From Octopus vulgaris (Eukaryota), in the NCBI GenBank assembly GCA_951406725.2, contig OX597819.1, positions 85,746,001 through 85,810,000 of the forward strand: a stretch of DNA of 64,000 bases, in the 5' to 3' direction. The notes below the pieces were generated by a model. The model was not told the DNA's origin. It did no database searches and saw only the letters and a list, made by a program, of their open reading frames with translations. The position numbers and the translations under genes were made by a program. Shown piece after piece: positions 11,531-24,915 of the stretch (its first letter is position 1; the number at the start of each line of letters is the position of its first letter).

Positions 11531-12895
11531 GTGTCCGTTTAATTTCGACTTAATTATCAGTGCCAGTCTGCGCATGCACTCCACCTTAAATTTTTCTGTA
11601 ATTTCTTTCTCCATCAATTTATCCCGAAGTACTTATAGTCCGTCTTTTCTATTTGCTTCATAACTTCCCCCGATTATATCGCTAGCTCGTCCATACATTT
11701 AACTTTGCTTCTCTTTAAGGCTAACACGCCACACTTTTTCTGTCCGAACTCCATTCCGATATCGGTACTGAAAGTATACACCGTATCGACAAGGGAACTG
11801 GCTTGGACTTCATCTTTACCATAAACCTTGAGGTCATCTATCAATAACAAGTAGTTGACATTTTTGTAGGCGTCTCTTGAATACATACCCAGCCTTTGCG
11901 TTCCAATCAATGTTAGTGGTATCATGCACAGTACAAAGATAAGTGGGGAGAGACAGTCCTCTTGAAAGATGCCTCTCCTGATTTTTATTGTCCCTAAACT
12001 TCTTCTATATGCTGTCAGTTCCGTCCTCCACTTCGCCACACTTCTTCCAAGCAATCGCTCAACATTCGATGGAATACATACCATAATTCAAGAATGTGGA
12101 ATCATATGGTATGTCTTGCGATAATCGTTCCATGACATGGCTAAGTTAGTTTTCCACCTCTTGCAGTCTCTAAGTACAGCTTTGTCTACCAGAAGTTGAT
12201 CCTTGGTACCTCTGCACTTACGATTGCAGCCCTTCTGCTTTTTCCAGATGTCTGTACATTGACTCTTCGACTATACGAAGTCAATAATTTCCACATAAGC
12301 AGGATATCGGCCTGTAATTTTCTACCGTTTTGCCTTTTGCAATGTTTTTCAAGCACAGCACTATGCTACCCATTATCAGTCACTCTGGTGTTACTTGGTC
12401 GCCATTTAACAAGCTATTGATTTGTGCAGCTATTCGTGCATGACATTCACCAAATCTTTTGATCCAGTAGCCTTGAACTCCATCTGGTCCCGGGGCCTTC
12501 CAGTTGCCCATTCGTTTGCTGGTTTCCTTCACTACCCTAACTGAGACGACTAGTTCTGCCTATTGTGAACAGATTACTGTTTATTTAGGTTCTTGCAACC
12601 ATTCCGCATATTATTAGTTATTGCTCCTTAGTTATGGGGCGATCCAATAATATGATAGCTTCAATATTATTCTGTCCGTTTAATTTCGGCTTAAGAAAGC
12701 AAAGATGGTAAGATACAACCAAAGAATGAAGAGATACCTTGTCTTTGTTCCAGATGTCACTCCCAAACCTTTAACTTTCAATATTATCTGGTATCTCCAT
12801 TTATCTCTTTGTAGAATATCTTCTGATCTACTCTGAATAACCTATTCTACTGGTATCTCTTCATTCTTTGGTTGTATCTTACCATCTTTACTTTC
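11531..12895 (-). mobile_element. R4/Dong family B RT region, inverted 5' segment
   Basis: Minus-strand motifs WKAPGPDGVQGYW, NYRP, GTKDQL, RGIFQEDCLSPLIF, LLIDDLKVY and KSKLNG; frameshifted. Confidence 0.85.
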
Positions 12896-13743
12896 TTAAG
12901 TCGAAATTAAACGGACAGAATAAGATTGAAGCTATCTTATTATTGGATTGCTCCATAACTAAGGAGTGATTTTAATCCTTAATTATGGAGTTTTACTCCT
13001 TAGTTATTGAGCAGGGGTAATAGCATGAACAGCAGAAGAACTAAACAGCTTAAGCAGAAAGGCAAGAAAGTTACTGAGTAGATATGGGATATTCCACCCA
13101 AATAGTGACACAGACAGATTATGTACCAAGAAAAAGAGGGGAAGAGTAATTATTGGATGCGAACACAGCATTACAGTAGAAGAAAACTGCATAGCATGAT
13201 ATGTAAAAAATGCCACAGAACCACTATTATTCGACGTAAAAAGGTCAGGCTTGTGTAGAATGGATGATCGCAAAGATGAAGCACTGTACATGGACTTGAG
13301 AATGAATGAAACAGAAAATAGGTGGATAAGGAAAAGAATGCATGGACAATTTCATAGGGAAGTTGAAAATAAGGCAGACAGAGAAAAAGATGCTTAAGGT
13401 AACTAAAAGTGATGTAAAATCCGAAACGGACACTCTTATCTGTGCTGCCCAAGAGCAAGCATTAAGAACCAATTACGGAATAGACAACACATCAGAAAGT
13501 GATAAGTACAGAATTTGTGGGAAAATGGTGAAACTCTATAGCACATTACTAGTTAATGTACGGTACTAGCCCCAAAATAATATAAAATACGTCATGACAA
13601 CATAGCAAGGATTGTCTATTCGACACTTTGCAACAAGTATGGACTTGACAGAGCAAAAAAAGTGGTACGAACATAAAATTGAAGGTATAATCGAAAACGA
13701 TAATGCAAAGATCCTATGGGATTTTATGATTCAGTTTGACCAT
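12896..13743 (+). mobile_element. R4/Dong family B post-RT/CCHC segment (sense part of the inverted copy)
   Basis: LKSKLNGQNKIEAI..HPNSDTDRL..KSETDTLICAAQEQALRTNY..RHD..ILWDFMIQFDH; truncated at 13743. Confidence 0.85.
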
Positions 13744-13769
13744 ACACTTAGATTATGGCCACTCAGTCA

Positions 13770-16700
13770 AACCCATTTTGCTACAGTCACCCATCTGTTC
13801 ATAAATTCACTTTTTCTCCTCATTCTCACTTTCCTTTCCAAATGGAACTTAAAATTTTCAGTGAGAGCTTGACCTCTTACTCCGGTGGAACACCGCCTGC
13901 CATACTTTCTTAAATGTAGATGAGAGATACTCACACTGGATTCGGCCAATAGTGGGATGCGTTTTACACGCGATAGCAGCTGTTCGACATAACTCCACGA
14001 GTCAGCAGCACTCGGACACTGCACCAGTGCATGCAAAGCGGTTTTGTCACTCTACGCGCATCTCGGGCATTCTCACCTGACAGCGCTTCCAACTTCTAGT
14101 GTTCCACGGTAGCACTGCCAGACTAGGAATTTCTGGAAATTTTCCTTGGTAGTACCAGGCCCGAAAGTCCCGAGAACTTCATCGCTCTTACCCACCTTAA
14201 TTTCCACACAGCCCGTTTATGAATGAGAATGGCCATCCTCACTGTAACCTCATCCCTGTTCTTGTTCATCTGGTAATCTGAGCTATTTCACTGGTCCGGT
14301 TGTCCATCAATCAACTATACTGTTCGATGGCATAGTTTTGCTTCTCTAGTTGCCGAACTTCAGGTCTACAGGCTTGTTTAGAATTATCTTAGCACTTGCC
14401 ATCGCCTTGTATTCCATTAAAATAAATCGATTACCTGAACGTCTGCAGTTTCTGACGCCATGAGTATGATGTCATCTGCATCTGCTGACAGAGCACTGAC
14501 GCATCTCATTTCGAAGAGGATGCCTCTCAAACCTCCTCACCAAACGCCCTAGCACCGGAATGTATAGAAAAGATCAGTGATCATGTTTGAGCTTTTCAAA
14601 CAAGCGCCAACCTCTTTGTCAACACCTTGGCCAAAATTTTAAACTCTGCATTTAGTTGGTTTATGGAGCGGAGATTTTCAATGATATTCTTTACATTGGC
14701 ATCCTTTCTCAGTAAAGTGAAAATCCTTCGGCTCATAGAGCTGGAAATTATCTCATTGTACTGCCAGATGTGATAGACGTTTGCCAAGTAGTTACTTAAC
14801 AGCTCCGGCATATAACATAGGTAGACCATCCAAATTAGGCGATTTGTTCCTCGCACAAACACTCAATGTTTCTCGTATCTGAGTTGCTGTTCTTTGCTTT
14901 CATAGTACCAAGCCTTTTCTTCCGAGAGTTTCGGCTGACCGTCAAGGTAGGCACTAAAGTTCATAATCCCCTGTAGCCTATCGTTTTCTCGGAAGAGTTG
15001 AGCAATATGCTGCTGGAAGGTTATGCACCTTTGATTGGAACCGCGCAGTATGCGCTCATTTTGATATTTCAAAGACTGAACTGTAGTTGTATTGCTACGT
15101 TGTGCATCCCCCATCCTTCCCCATCCAACGGCTTTCCTACATCCTTGTTTTCTTGTTCCGCGCTCTGTCGCCTTTCCGCATCAGAAAATACGCGTCTAAC
15201 TTCCAGTAGCTGAAACCCTGTCTATGAATCCTATCTAAGGCGACTATGAATATCACAAATTTATGATCTGTGTAGCCGACCAGTTTTGAATTCTGGATAT
15301 CTTAATATATATTTGTCAGTTAACCTATCAAACACTCAAAATAAGTACGATCTGAAATACTCATCATGGTGGCTCCGAGTCCATATTAGCACATTTGAGA
15401 TTCAGTCGGTATCTGTCAGACAGTTGGGAACGTCGGAGCGGTCACTTTACACAATCCCGCCGTGCGTCCAAAATATCATCCCAACCTCCTACAAGAACTA
15501 AAGAGCAGGATGCTCCTAAGAAGGTTTATAAACATCTAAAGATGCCTAGGCGTCCAACCCTAGTCTGATGGCACTGCTTTTACTCTCTTTCACATCTAGC
15601 ACCACCAACTTACCTGTCGGATCCAGGAAGATTGTCTGTTCTTCTAAACTTAATTATTTCTGAAAAAGTACAAAAAATTCTTTGTGATGTTTTCCACTGT
15701 AGTCAGTTAACTCCTTGTTGGTTTTGTATATCACAGAGAGATTCACTGATTGGGTGTTTCATTGTTTCTTCTGCTTGAATATCTCATTGTTTCTTCTGAC
15801 GGTTTACTTGTTGAGTTTGTGTGTTTTTCTTTGTTGTTGTTGTGCTTGTGCGTTTTATTGTCGAACGTATGTATTTTGCTTTTGTTGTAGGGGTACAATG
15901 TAATGATGGTTTGGTGGTTTGCTTTGTTTTTCTTGGAGGCGTTTCGGTGTTTGTGCTGGTATGGGATAATTTGGGGGTGTTGTTTTGGTTTGTGTCGTCT
16001 ATGTTTGAGGTTTTTGTGGTGATGATATGACATTTTGTCATTTATTTTGGGGCCTTTCTGGTAACCACTTCCCACTCACTGGGTTTCACCGTTTTTTCAT
16101 CGTTAGCTGAGGTTGATTCAGCAGTGGAGGGCAGAGGCTAGTTTTGTGTATGCGTGCTTTTATCTTAAGTTCCTGATGCTGATGTTGTAGTTGTTAATGT
16201 TGCTTCTGTGACGTGGGCAGGAAATTGGTTTCAGTTGTTTTTGCATGGAGACAGAAATCCTTTTTGTGTTATGTGCTCTCACACGTATAACCCCTGGAAT
16301 CTCTACCTTCCACTACGTCTCTTTGGGGTCCCCAATATCCAGGTGAATGGCCTCGGACATTTTTCGTAAAATTTCCTTATAGAGCCGCATTCGAAACACA
16401 TTTCATTCGGCGCACTTTTTGTGCGGAGTAGCTCTCATGTTTATAATCTCGTCATACTTCTCCAAGATCATTCTAAAGTAATTGAGGTCTATTTCCGGAG
16501 GCGGATTATTTAGTGTCACCTTAGGTAAACGTTTTCCTAAAATAGGACGAGGACTTGTACCTTAGAGAAGCAAATAACCGTGGCTGTTTTCATAGCTTCT
16601 TCTTCTTCGTTAGGGCAGATGACTTTTACCGTTTCAAATAGCTTTCCTTTTCTTAAACGCCACATTGATTCTCACACCATTCAGGTATTTCTCAGTTTGT

Positions 16701-16944
16701 GTTTGATAAATTTGAAGATGAGCGTCCTCCTTTTTATTTTTTATTTGTCTTCCTGGTCAAGCATTATCGATGCCTGAAGTTGAAGTTCCAGCTGTCTACA
16801 ATTGCAAACGATAGACCCGGTTTTGAGGTTGCTGTTGTTACTGTTACTGGTGATGTAGCTGTTTTCGATTTCGTTGTACTTGTTTTCCTCGTTGTCATTG
16901 TTCTTATAGATGCTGATGCTATTGTTGGTAGTGGTGATGACTGT

Positions 16945-16945
<1 letters not shown>
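13770..16945 (-). mobile_element. Decayed L1/Tx1-clade LINE (ORF1, APE, RT, C-terminal Cys motif)
   Basis: RSINQLNAEFKILAKVLTKRLALV (RT domain 1-2), SADADDI-like motif near 14480, CPRCA..HALVQCP near 14030-14070, ORF1-like segment at 16400-16900; many stops. Confidence 0.75.
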
Positions 16946-16946
<1 letters not shown>

Positions 16947-17000
<54 letters not shown>

Positions 17001-17014
17001 TAATAATAATAATC

Positions 17015-17066
<52 letters not shown>
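16947..17066. repeat. (TAA)n target tract
   Basis: Directly visible; 5' flank of the Dong element. Confidence 0.95.
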
Positions 17067-17068
<2 letters not shown>

Positions 17069-19751
17069 GGTATCTGGTATCTACTAAAGCTGCCCGCATA
17101 GCGCGGTATGAAAAGCGTGTTAGATCTTTCAAAGACAACAACATGTTCAAAAATAACCAAAAATCTTTTTACTGGAAGATAGGAAAAACACCAGTTACTG
17201 TAAAGTCTGTACCATCAAAAGAAGAAGTGCAGGGATTTTGGAATAAAATTTGGGCAGAAGAAAGAACACACAACGAAAAGCCCCCTGGATTGATAGAATA
17301 TCTACAGAACTGGACTCCTTAGAAGAGCAAAAGTGGGAGGGTGTCAAGGTAGAAGCCATGAACTGCTAACAGATCTTTACAATGATGTTTTGCAACACCC
17401 TAGTAGGATGCCTCCTTGGCTAGTTCATGGGTTAACATTCCTGCTTCCAAAAAGTGAAGAAACAAATGAACCAAAAAACTATAGACCCATAACCTGCTTA
17501 ACAACTATGTATAAAACGCTAACATCTGTCCTGACGGAATATACCTATAGTTTTTTTAACAGACAGCAACATATTCCCTAATGAACAAATAGGATGCAAA
17601 CGTGGATCCTATGGTTGTAAGGATCAACTACTCATCAATAAGATGATCTTAGAAGATTGTCACAAACGACACAAAAACTTATTAATAGCCTGGATAGACT
17701 ATAAAAGGGCTTTTGATAGCCTACCACATAGCTGGATTAAGAAATGCCTGGAAATGTATAAAATAGCATCTACTCTGCGAAACGTTTTTGTCTGTAAGTA
17801 TGAGATCATGGAGAACCACACTAACTTTGAACCGTGACAATGAATCTCTAAATGCTGGTGATGTAAAAATTTCATGTGGCATTTTCCAGGGTGACTCACT
17901 ATCACCACTCCTCTTTTGTTTAGCCTTAATACCTCAAAATTGCTCAATGACGCTCAGTACGGATATAAAATGTTTGATAAAAATATAAATCATCTCATTT
18001 ACATGGATGATTTAAAGCTCTTTGCAAAAAATGACCAACAACTCAAGGGCTTACTAGAGATTGTTAAACAATTCAGTGATGACATCAGAATGCAATTTGG
18101 CCTCGATTAATGTGCAAAAGCTACCTTTATCAAAGAAAAAATGACAGAAACATCTAACGTTAACCTTGACCAGCAGAATGTCATAAAAGAATTAGACCCA
18201 GCGGAGAGCTACAAGTACCTAGGGGTAATTTAAGGGGACGGAATAAAGCATTCAGTGATGAAGGAAAGGATCAGGAGAGAATGTTATCGCAGAGTAAGAG
18301 CAATACTCAAGACAGAGATGAATGCGAGAAACAGGATCGAAGCGATCAATGCTTTAGCCATACCAGTCGTGACTTACAGTTTCAATATCGTTAACTGGTC
18401 AATTACTGAAATATGTAATCTTGACAAAAAAATACGAAAACTGTTGACAATACATAGGATGCACCACCCTAAGGCAGATATAGATCGACTTTATCTACCA
18501 AGAAAAGAGGGAGGCCGTGGGCTTTTGCAACTGGCATTAACAATGAAGGTTGCTACAATTGGCCTAGACACCTACCTGAACAACTCTGAGGACTGGATGT
18601 TAAAACTTGTCTCAAAACATGAAAACAAGAAAGCATCATACTCAGTAACAAAACAGGCAAAGGAATATCTAAGTGAATTCCGAATACAACAAATTTCGGA
18701 ATTAGACATACAAGAAACAAGCACAGAAAAAGCTAAGCGCATGAAAACCCGTGCTAAAACTGCTGCCTTAGATATTCTGAATGATAAATGGCAAGAAAAA
18801 CCTCTCTATGGCAAATACCCAAAGAGAGTGAATAATGCAGATGTTGACAAAGCCCTGACCCATCAATGGCTTATGGCGTCTGGCTTAAAATCTGAAACAG
18901 AAGGGTTTATCATAGCAGCTCAAGATCAATGCCTACCAACAAGAAACTACCAGGCCAACATATTAAAGAACGGCAGTAGCCCAAAATGTCGTGTATGCCA
19001 ACAACAAAATGAAACCATTGATCATTTTGTCTCCAAGTGCAGTCTTCTAGCGCCTACAGAGTATCTCAACAGGCATGATAGAGCTGCACAATATATTCAC
19101 TGGGTAATTTGCAAAAACCTGGATTTGCCCCATGAAAAAACTGGTGGGAACACAAACCACCTCCAGTATTGAAAATGACCACATCTCACTCCTCTGGAAC
19201 TTCACCATTCAAACTGACAGAAAGTTAGATGCAAATAGGCCAGACATCATATTGAAAGACGTCAAACAAAGAACATGCCTCCTCATTGATATGACTTTCT
19301 CAATCGATATATACGTATCTGTCAAGACCTACCAAACACTGAGCAAATATAAAGATCTTGACATAGAAATCAGCAAAATGTGGAACCTGAAAACTAAAAC
19401 AATACCTATTGTCATAGGTGCCCTGGGAATGATAGCGAAAGGGGCTGATTTCTACCTAACTCAGATACCAGGAAACCCCAAAATGGCAGAAATTCAAAAG
19501 ATAGTGCTCATGGGAACTGCTCATATCCTACGCAAAATACTTTCTATGTAATCTCAGGGTTTAAAGCAAACATAATTTTCGTTTTTATTTATTTATTTTT
19601 TTTGACATTCACTAGTACAACACCAAAAAAAACCCCCAAATATATGGCACACTAGGCATAACAACAACATGAACTTCCAACCTGTTGTCTCTTGAGGTCT
19701 CTGGGTGAGACTTGGAGCCAACTTGTACAAATATAAAGCAAAAGTCAAACG

Positions 19752-19752
<1 letters not shown>
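17067..19752 (+). mobile_element. R4/Dong-type RLE non-LTR retrotransposon (family A), 5'-truncated, frameshifted
   Basis: [42 protein letters not shown]; CCHC (CRVCQQQNETIDHFVSKC), RHD, NRPDI..LLID..KYKDL PD-(D/E)xK nuclease; stop at 19551; (TAA)n on both flanks. Confidence 0.93.
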
Positions 19753-19800
<48 letters not shown>

Positions 19801-19805
19801 GTAAT

Positions 19806-20191
19806 AAACTCATAAGCCACCGGAATCGACCTTGCTGGGATTAGGTGTCCAATAAAGAGAAGAGAGTCTCTTTAGTTTTGCCTGGTTGCCTACTGAGAAT
19901 GGTGTCTCTATAAAAAAACATTGTTGTTTGTGACACCTTGACGCCGCAGACCTTTTTATGAGTGTAATGTCAAATGAAAACTTATATCGCAACCATGTTA
20001 ATGAGGCTGATTTCTCAAGTATATCAATTGTCGCGCTATGTGACAAGATGCACCTGAAAGGTATTCGACAACAGCTGCAAGGATTAACAGAAGGTGAACT
20101 CAAAGTGGCAACAGAATTCTTATGGAATTTTACATCAGAAGTGAGTCTGGCAAAATAGAATAGAAGAAAATAATGCATAAATTATGAACAG

Positions 20192-20270
<79 letters not shown>

Positions 20271-21480
20271 CAGACACAGACAGAGAGACAGACAGAGAGA
20301 CAGAAAGTGAGAAAGAGGAGAGACATCTTACTCAGATCAAAAGCTACATCAAAAAAATCGAAAATGAATGGCTATCTATGTTGAAGCTTGACGAAATAGT
20401 GAAAACGGCGGAAGATGAAGAAAATAAGAACATAGAAAAGGAAATGGAACGGAAAATGGCAAAAAACGAATGAAATATCAGAAAGAAAGAAGTATTAGTG
20501 AGTGTGAGGGACAAAGCAAATTTTATTTCACGATGGAGAGGAGCTTACTTCAACGTTTAAACGACATACAACTAAGGGATTTAGCAATATCACCAACTTC
20601 AAGAGGTAGTGACGATGAAAAAAGCAGTAAATTGACTTGATAAGCATGCTGCTAACGAAAATTAAAGTTGAGAATATTACAGATACAAATGACCTCATAT
20701 AATGCACAGCATCCGTAGCTATAGAAATTCTTGTAGTTAAAAGTTAGGCAAAAAAGAATGATATAGTCTCACGGTAGAATCTGCAACCGGGAAATCAGAT
20801 TGAGCAGCTCAATAGAGGTCTCTCACGGATAAATGTCATAATTGAAAAGAAGATGGCGTAGAATAAAGAATAAATCGATATCAGCAGATTAGGCTTTCCA
20901 GAAACGACGAAAGGTAATTTTACCAACAACTGACCAAAGCAAATGAACATCAGATGAATGAAGAGCTATATATTGAAGTAGTTAATAGACTTTCAGTCAG
21001 ATATTTGAAACAAAGAGCTTCAATATTATAAAGAAGCGGACTGGTTATAAAAGTTTAAAAGAGAAAAGGAAAACAAATCAATAAGAAAGAATACAAATAT
21101 TACAACCGAGAAAGTAAGAACGTGAGAAAGATCCTTAAAAAGATACCTTGATGGAAAGCTTGTGGACTCGATGTTGTTCAGGTATTCTGGTATAAAAATC
21201 GCAAGCATATATAGTCAGGTGAAACTATTTCTTACTGTCCGTGTAGCAAATAAAATATTGGAACATCAACATGAATGACAAAATGAAAGGCACTGCTAAT
21301 ACAGAGGAACAAAGTGACGGGAGGAAGGAAGTCAGTAATTATATGCTTATTAAAAGATTAGTATTACGCTAGAATATATTAACTGGCCACTTGTCATTTG
21401 AATTGTATATTGTCCCGGAGAAGAAGAATGTATTACCAGAAGAGCAAAGGAAACGCAGGTAAAGACAAGATAAAGACAAA
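19806..21480 (+). mobile_element. Old, highly decayed R4/Dong copy including 5' region; RT remnant continues at about 23780-24050
   Basis: Starts right after (TAA)n; NRILMEFYIRSE (N-terminal motif), RINRYQQ.RL, WKACGLDVVQVFWYK; WIDQQNALGCVP at about 23910-23950; split by a (GA)n tract at 20190-20320. Confidence 0.55.
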
Positions 21481-21731
21481 TAACTGAACTAGCACATATT
21501 TATCGCACGCATATCTGTGTATGGTCATGTTTGTGTATGTGCATGTATATGTGATGAACAAGAGATGGGGTAAATACATTACAAAATATTAGCATGAATT
21601 GAAAATTATGTCCGCAAATCAACTGCACAGAAAACCTAATGATGAATCTGTACATTCATAAATAATTCCATCGGCATCCTAATCATAATTACAAATTTAA
21701 TAGCAGCAGAATAATCAGTACTTCATTGGCA

Positions 21732-21741
21732 GTGTGTGTGT

Positions 21742-21792
<51 letters not shown>

Positions 21793-22021
21793 CGCGCGCA
21801 TGTGTATGTGTGTGCGAGGAGGAGAGAAATGGAGAGTGAGGAAAATCGAGAAAGAGATAGAGGGAGAAAGAAAGAGAGAGAGAGAGCAGGAGAATGGAAA
21901 CCTTCCAAAGGGCCGCTCCTCATTGCAACAAAGTACGGAAGAGGAATGACTTTAGTGAGAAGTTTATATGGATGATTCCCGCACCCAACTCCCAGCCTAA
22001 GAGAGCGAGAGAAAGAGAGAG

Positions 22022-22089
<68 letters not shown>

Positions 22090-22294
22090 AACTAAAAATG
22101 AATTCTGATATCCTACAACTTGCTGACATTTAAATATTAACAATAAATTTTATTGCACATAGAGTATTTCAATCTGCGACCAGAATGGGGTTATATCATT
22201 ATATTAGCAGTAAATACTGAGGTGTTTATCTCAAAAGAATGTGTGTATGTATGTATGTATATATGTATGCATACAAGTTTGTATATATATATAT

Positions 22295-22345
<51 letters not shown>
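21732..22345. repeat. Cluster of (TG)n, (GA)n, (GATA)n and (TA)n microsatellites
   Basis: Directly visible. Confidence 0.9.
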
Positions 22346-23195
22346 AAAGTGTACATACACCGCTATATATATATATATATATATAAAATACAAAATGGGA
22401 CAAGAACGCAAAACATCCGGACAACTAGGTGATACAAAAAGGGACAACAAAACATCCAGATAGACGATACAAAGAAAACAAGGACGACTCATTCGAAATT
22501 TTCTATCTTCAGTCAAGAACCAGATTATCCTCACAATTTCCGCTGATTATTCTTGAGATTGGTCCAATCTGGCCAGCCCTAAAGAAAATCTACGCTAAGA
22601 GCATTAGATTTCTTGGAAGAAAGCATCGAATGTATACAAAAACAAGGACAGAAAAAAACAGACAATGTTACACAAATATAAATACAATAAATAATGCAAT
22701 AAAAATGATAACAGGACATAAAACAGGTGACTTTCGACTAAGGACGAATTGAATTAAGCTGTCGCTTATGGAAATGAGGCCTTACGGCAGAGTTACAAAA
22801 ATTTCACAAACACAGGGAGAGAATATCGATGTTGCACGGATCACGGTCAGACCCAGAAAGAAAGAGTGAGCGGTCTGGCCGATTGTTCACGTGGGAAGAG
22901 AAGTAGAAGCAGAGAAAGAAAAGAATTAAGGAGGGGGAAGAGAAGAGAGAAGTAGAGTAGAGGGATAGAAGAATTAAGGAGGGGCGAGAAAAAATGACAG
23001 GGACGCAGTGAAGTGAAAAGTGGAGGGAAAGTGAGCAAGAAGGGAAGGCAAAGAAATGTGAGAGAGGGGGAACGAAAGAACGAAGAATGGAATGAACGAA
23101 TAAGCGTGAAAGGGTTGATAGAAATAGAATCGTACAAGATTTTGTAAAATGTGTACTTATAAGAGAAAAAAGTGTACGTACGGCGCTATATATAC
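22345..23195 (-). mobile_element. Non-coding element with terminal direct repeat (Penelope-like non-autonomous element?)
   Basis: AAAAGTGTAC(A/G)TAC..CGCTATATATA appears at both about 22345-22370 and about 23167-23195; internal ~250-bp polypurine tract at 22860-23110. Confidence 0.45.
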
Positions 23196-23217
23196 ATATA
23201 TATATATATATATATAC

Positions 23218-23329
<112 letters not shown>

Positions 23330-23333
23330 GTGT

Positions 23334-23604
23334 GGAGGCGCAATGGCCTAGTGGTTAGGGCAGCGGACTCGCGGTCTTAGTATCACGGTTTCGATTCCCA
23401 GACCGGGCGTTGTGAGTGTTTATTGAGCGAAAAACACCTAAAAGCTCCACGAGGCTCCAGCAGGGGGTACTCTTTCACCACTCTTTCTTCTGTTGGTCTG
23501 CTTGCTTAGCCAGCGAAGTGGCATCATTCGAAGGCTAAAACAATGCGAACGCATTGTGACCAGCGATGTGTAACAACATCTGATGGTCTGGTCGGTCACG
23601 TGAT

Positions 23605-23612
<8 letters not shown>
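23334..23612 (+). mobile_element. tRNA(Arg-like)-derived SINE family C
   Basis: GGAGGCGCAATGGCCTAGTGGTTAGGGCAGCGGACTCGCGGTC (A-box, TCG in anticodon position), GGTTTCGATTCC B-box, LINE-like 3' end GGTCACGTGATCACGTGA; embedded between (TG)n and (TA)n. Confidence 0.85.
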
Positions 23613-23637
<25 letters not shown>

Positions 23638-23671
23638 ACGAGAGGGAGAGAAGTAGAAGAGAGAAAAAAGA

Positions 23672-23721
<50 letters not shown>

Positions 23722-24524
23722 GAGAGAGAGAGAGAGAGGGAGAAAGAGAGTGTGTGTGTGTAAGAGAGAGAGATGTAGAACAGCGTTTCGTCTTTCTGCC
23801 AGAGGATTGAAGCGGGTGTCGGAAACGTATAATTGTAAAGAACAGCTATTGCATTGTTTAACTCGGCAAGTATCGAAACCTGCTGAAATAGAATGAAACT
23901 GCTATGCCTGTGATGGATTGACCAACAAAATGCCTTAGGCTGCGTACCATAATAAATATATTGTAGACATTACAACGATAAAGAACAAGAATGAATATTA
24001 CTAAGATAATAAATCTACTATAGCGAAGGAAATTGGTGAGCAACTGTTTTGCCTGAAGGCAAGCGTTTAAACTGTTAATAATATAGGCCTATACTTTATT
24101 CGTCTCTCCAGCTTTGACTCTCGGAAAGCCTAAGTATTTTATAGTTTTCATGTTCAATCTCATATGCTCATAATTTTTGTGTATGACATTTAACCAGTGG
24201 CATTCATTTCGATTATTTATAATGATCTCCCGGTTTCAATTTCTCCCTTAAATTAGTGCATTCTATCTCATGTTTCCTCTGTCATGCCATACATCATAAA
24301 ATTGTTTACAAATATGATATATAAAGCAGATAAGCACTTGTTTGTGTAAAATTTGGTACAAAGAAACTGAATAGAGCTCAGTCAAGTGTATGTATATGTA
24401 TATGCACGAAGCTTTTCACAAAAAAAAAAAATTAATGAATTATTTCATGGTAAACGCAACTCATTACAAAGATTTCAGGACTAATGCAAAAGAAATAACA
24501 AGTATTTTCTTATGAGTTACTCAC

Positions 24525-24669
24525 CAAGATTTGCATATTTATTTCTCCCCGAATTCCGTACAATCTCGTGTTTTCTCGGGTATTCTTATCCAAGCCCTTG
24601 ATCAAAGTCACTATATAACAGGCTTGATAATTGCTGAGAGATATCACTCGGAATGAAACCAATGCTAAC
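24525..24669 (-). CDS. Candidate 145-bp internal exon of an unknown host gene or pseudo-exon
   Basis: CTAG acceptor and strong TTG|GTGAGT donor; one frame is open (LALVSFRVISLSNYQACYIVTLIKGLDKNTRENTRLYGIRGEINMQIL); no polypyrimidine tract and no recognised homology. Confidence 0.25.
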
Positions 24670-24674
24670 CTAGT

Positions 24675-24706
<32 letters not shown>

Positions 24707-24849
24707 TTTGAGGGAATAAAATCCAAACTTACAAGGAAAAAGAATTCAATTTAGAAATACTAAATCGAATTCCACAGTATTCTTATCCAAGCCCTGGATC
24801 AAAGTCTCTATATAACAGGCTTGATAATTGCTGAGAGATATCAAACCTA

Positions 24850-24915
<66 letters not shown>

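Noticed and set aside
16699-17322. 207-aa ORF with poly-Asn
   Set aside because: It is a chimera of antisense Tx1 ORF1, the (AAT)n tract and the start of the truncated Dong element.
23334-23410. Possible tRNA-Arg gene
   Set aside because: The acceptor stem does not close and the sequence continues into a SINE body and tail.
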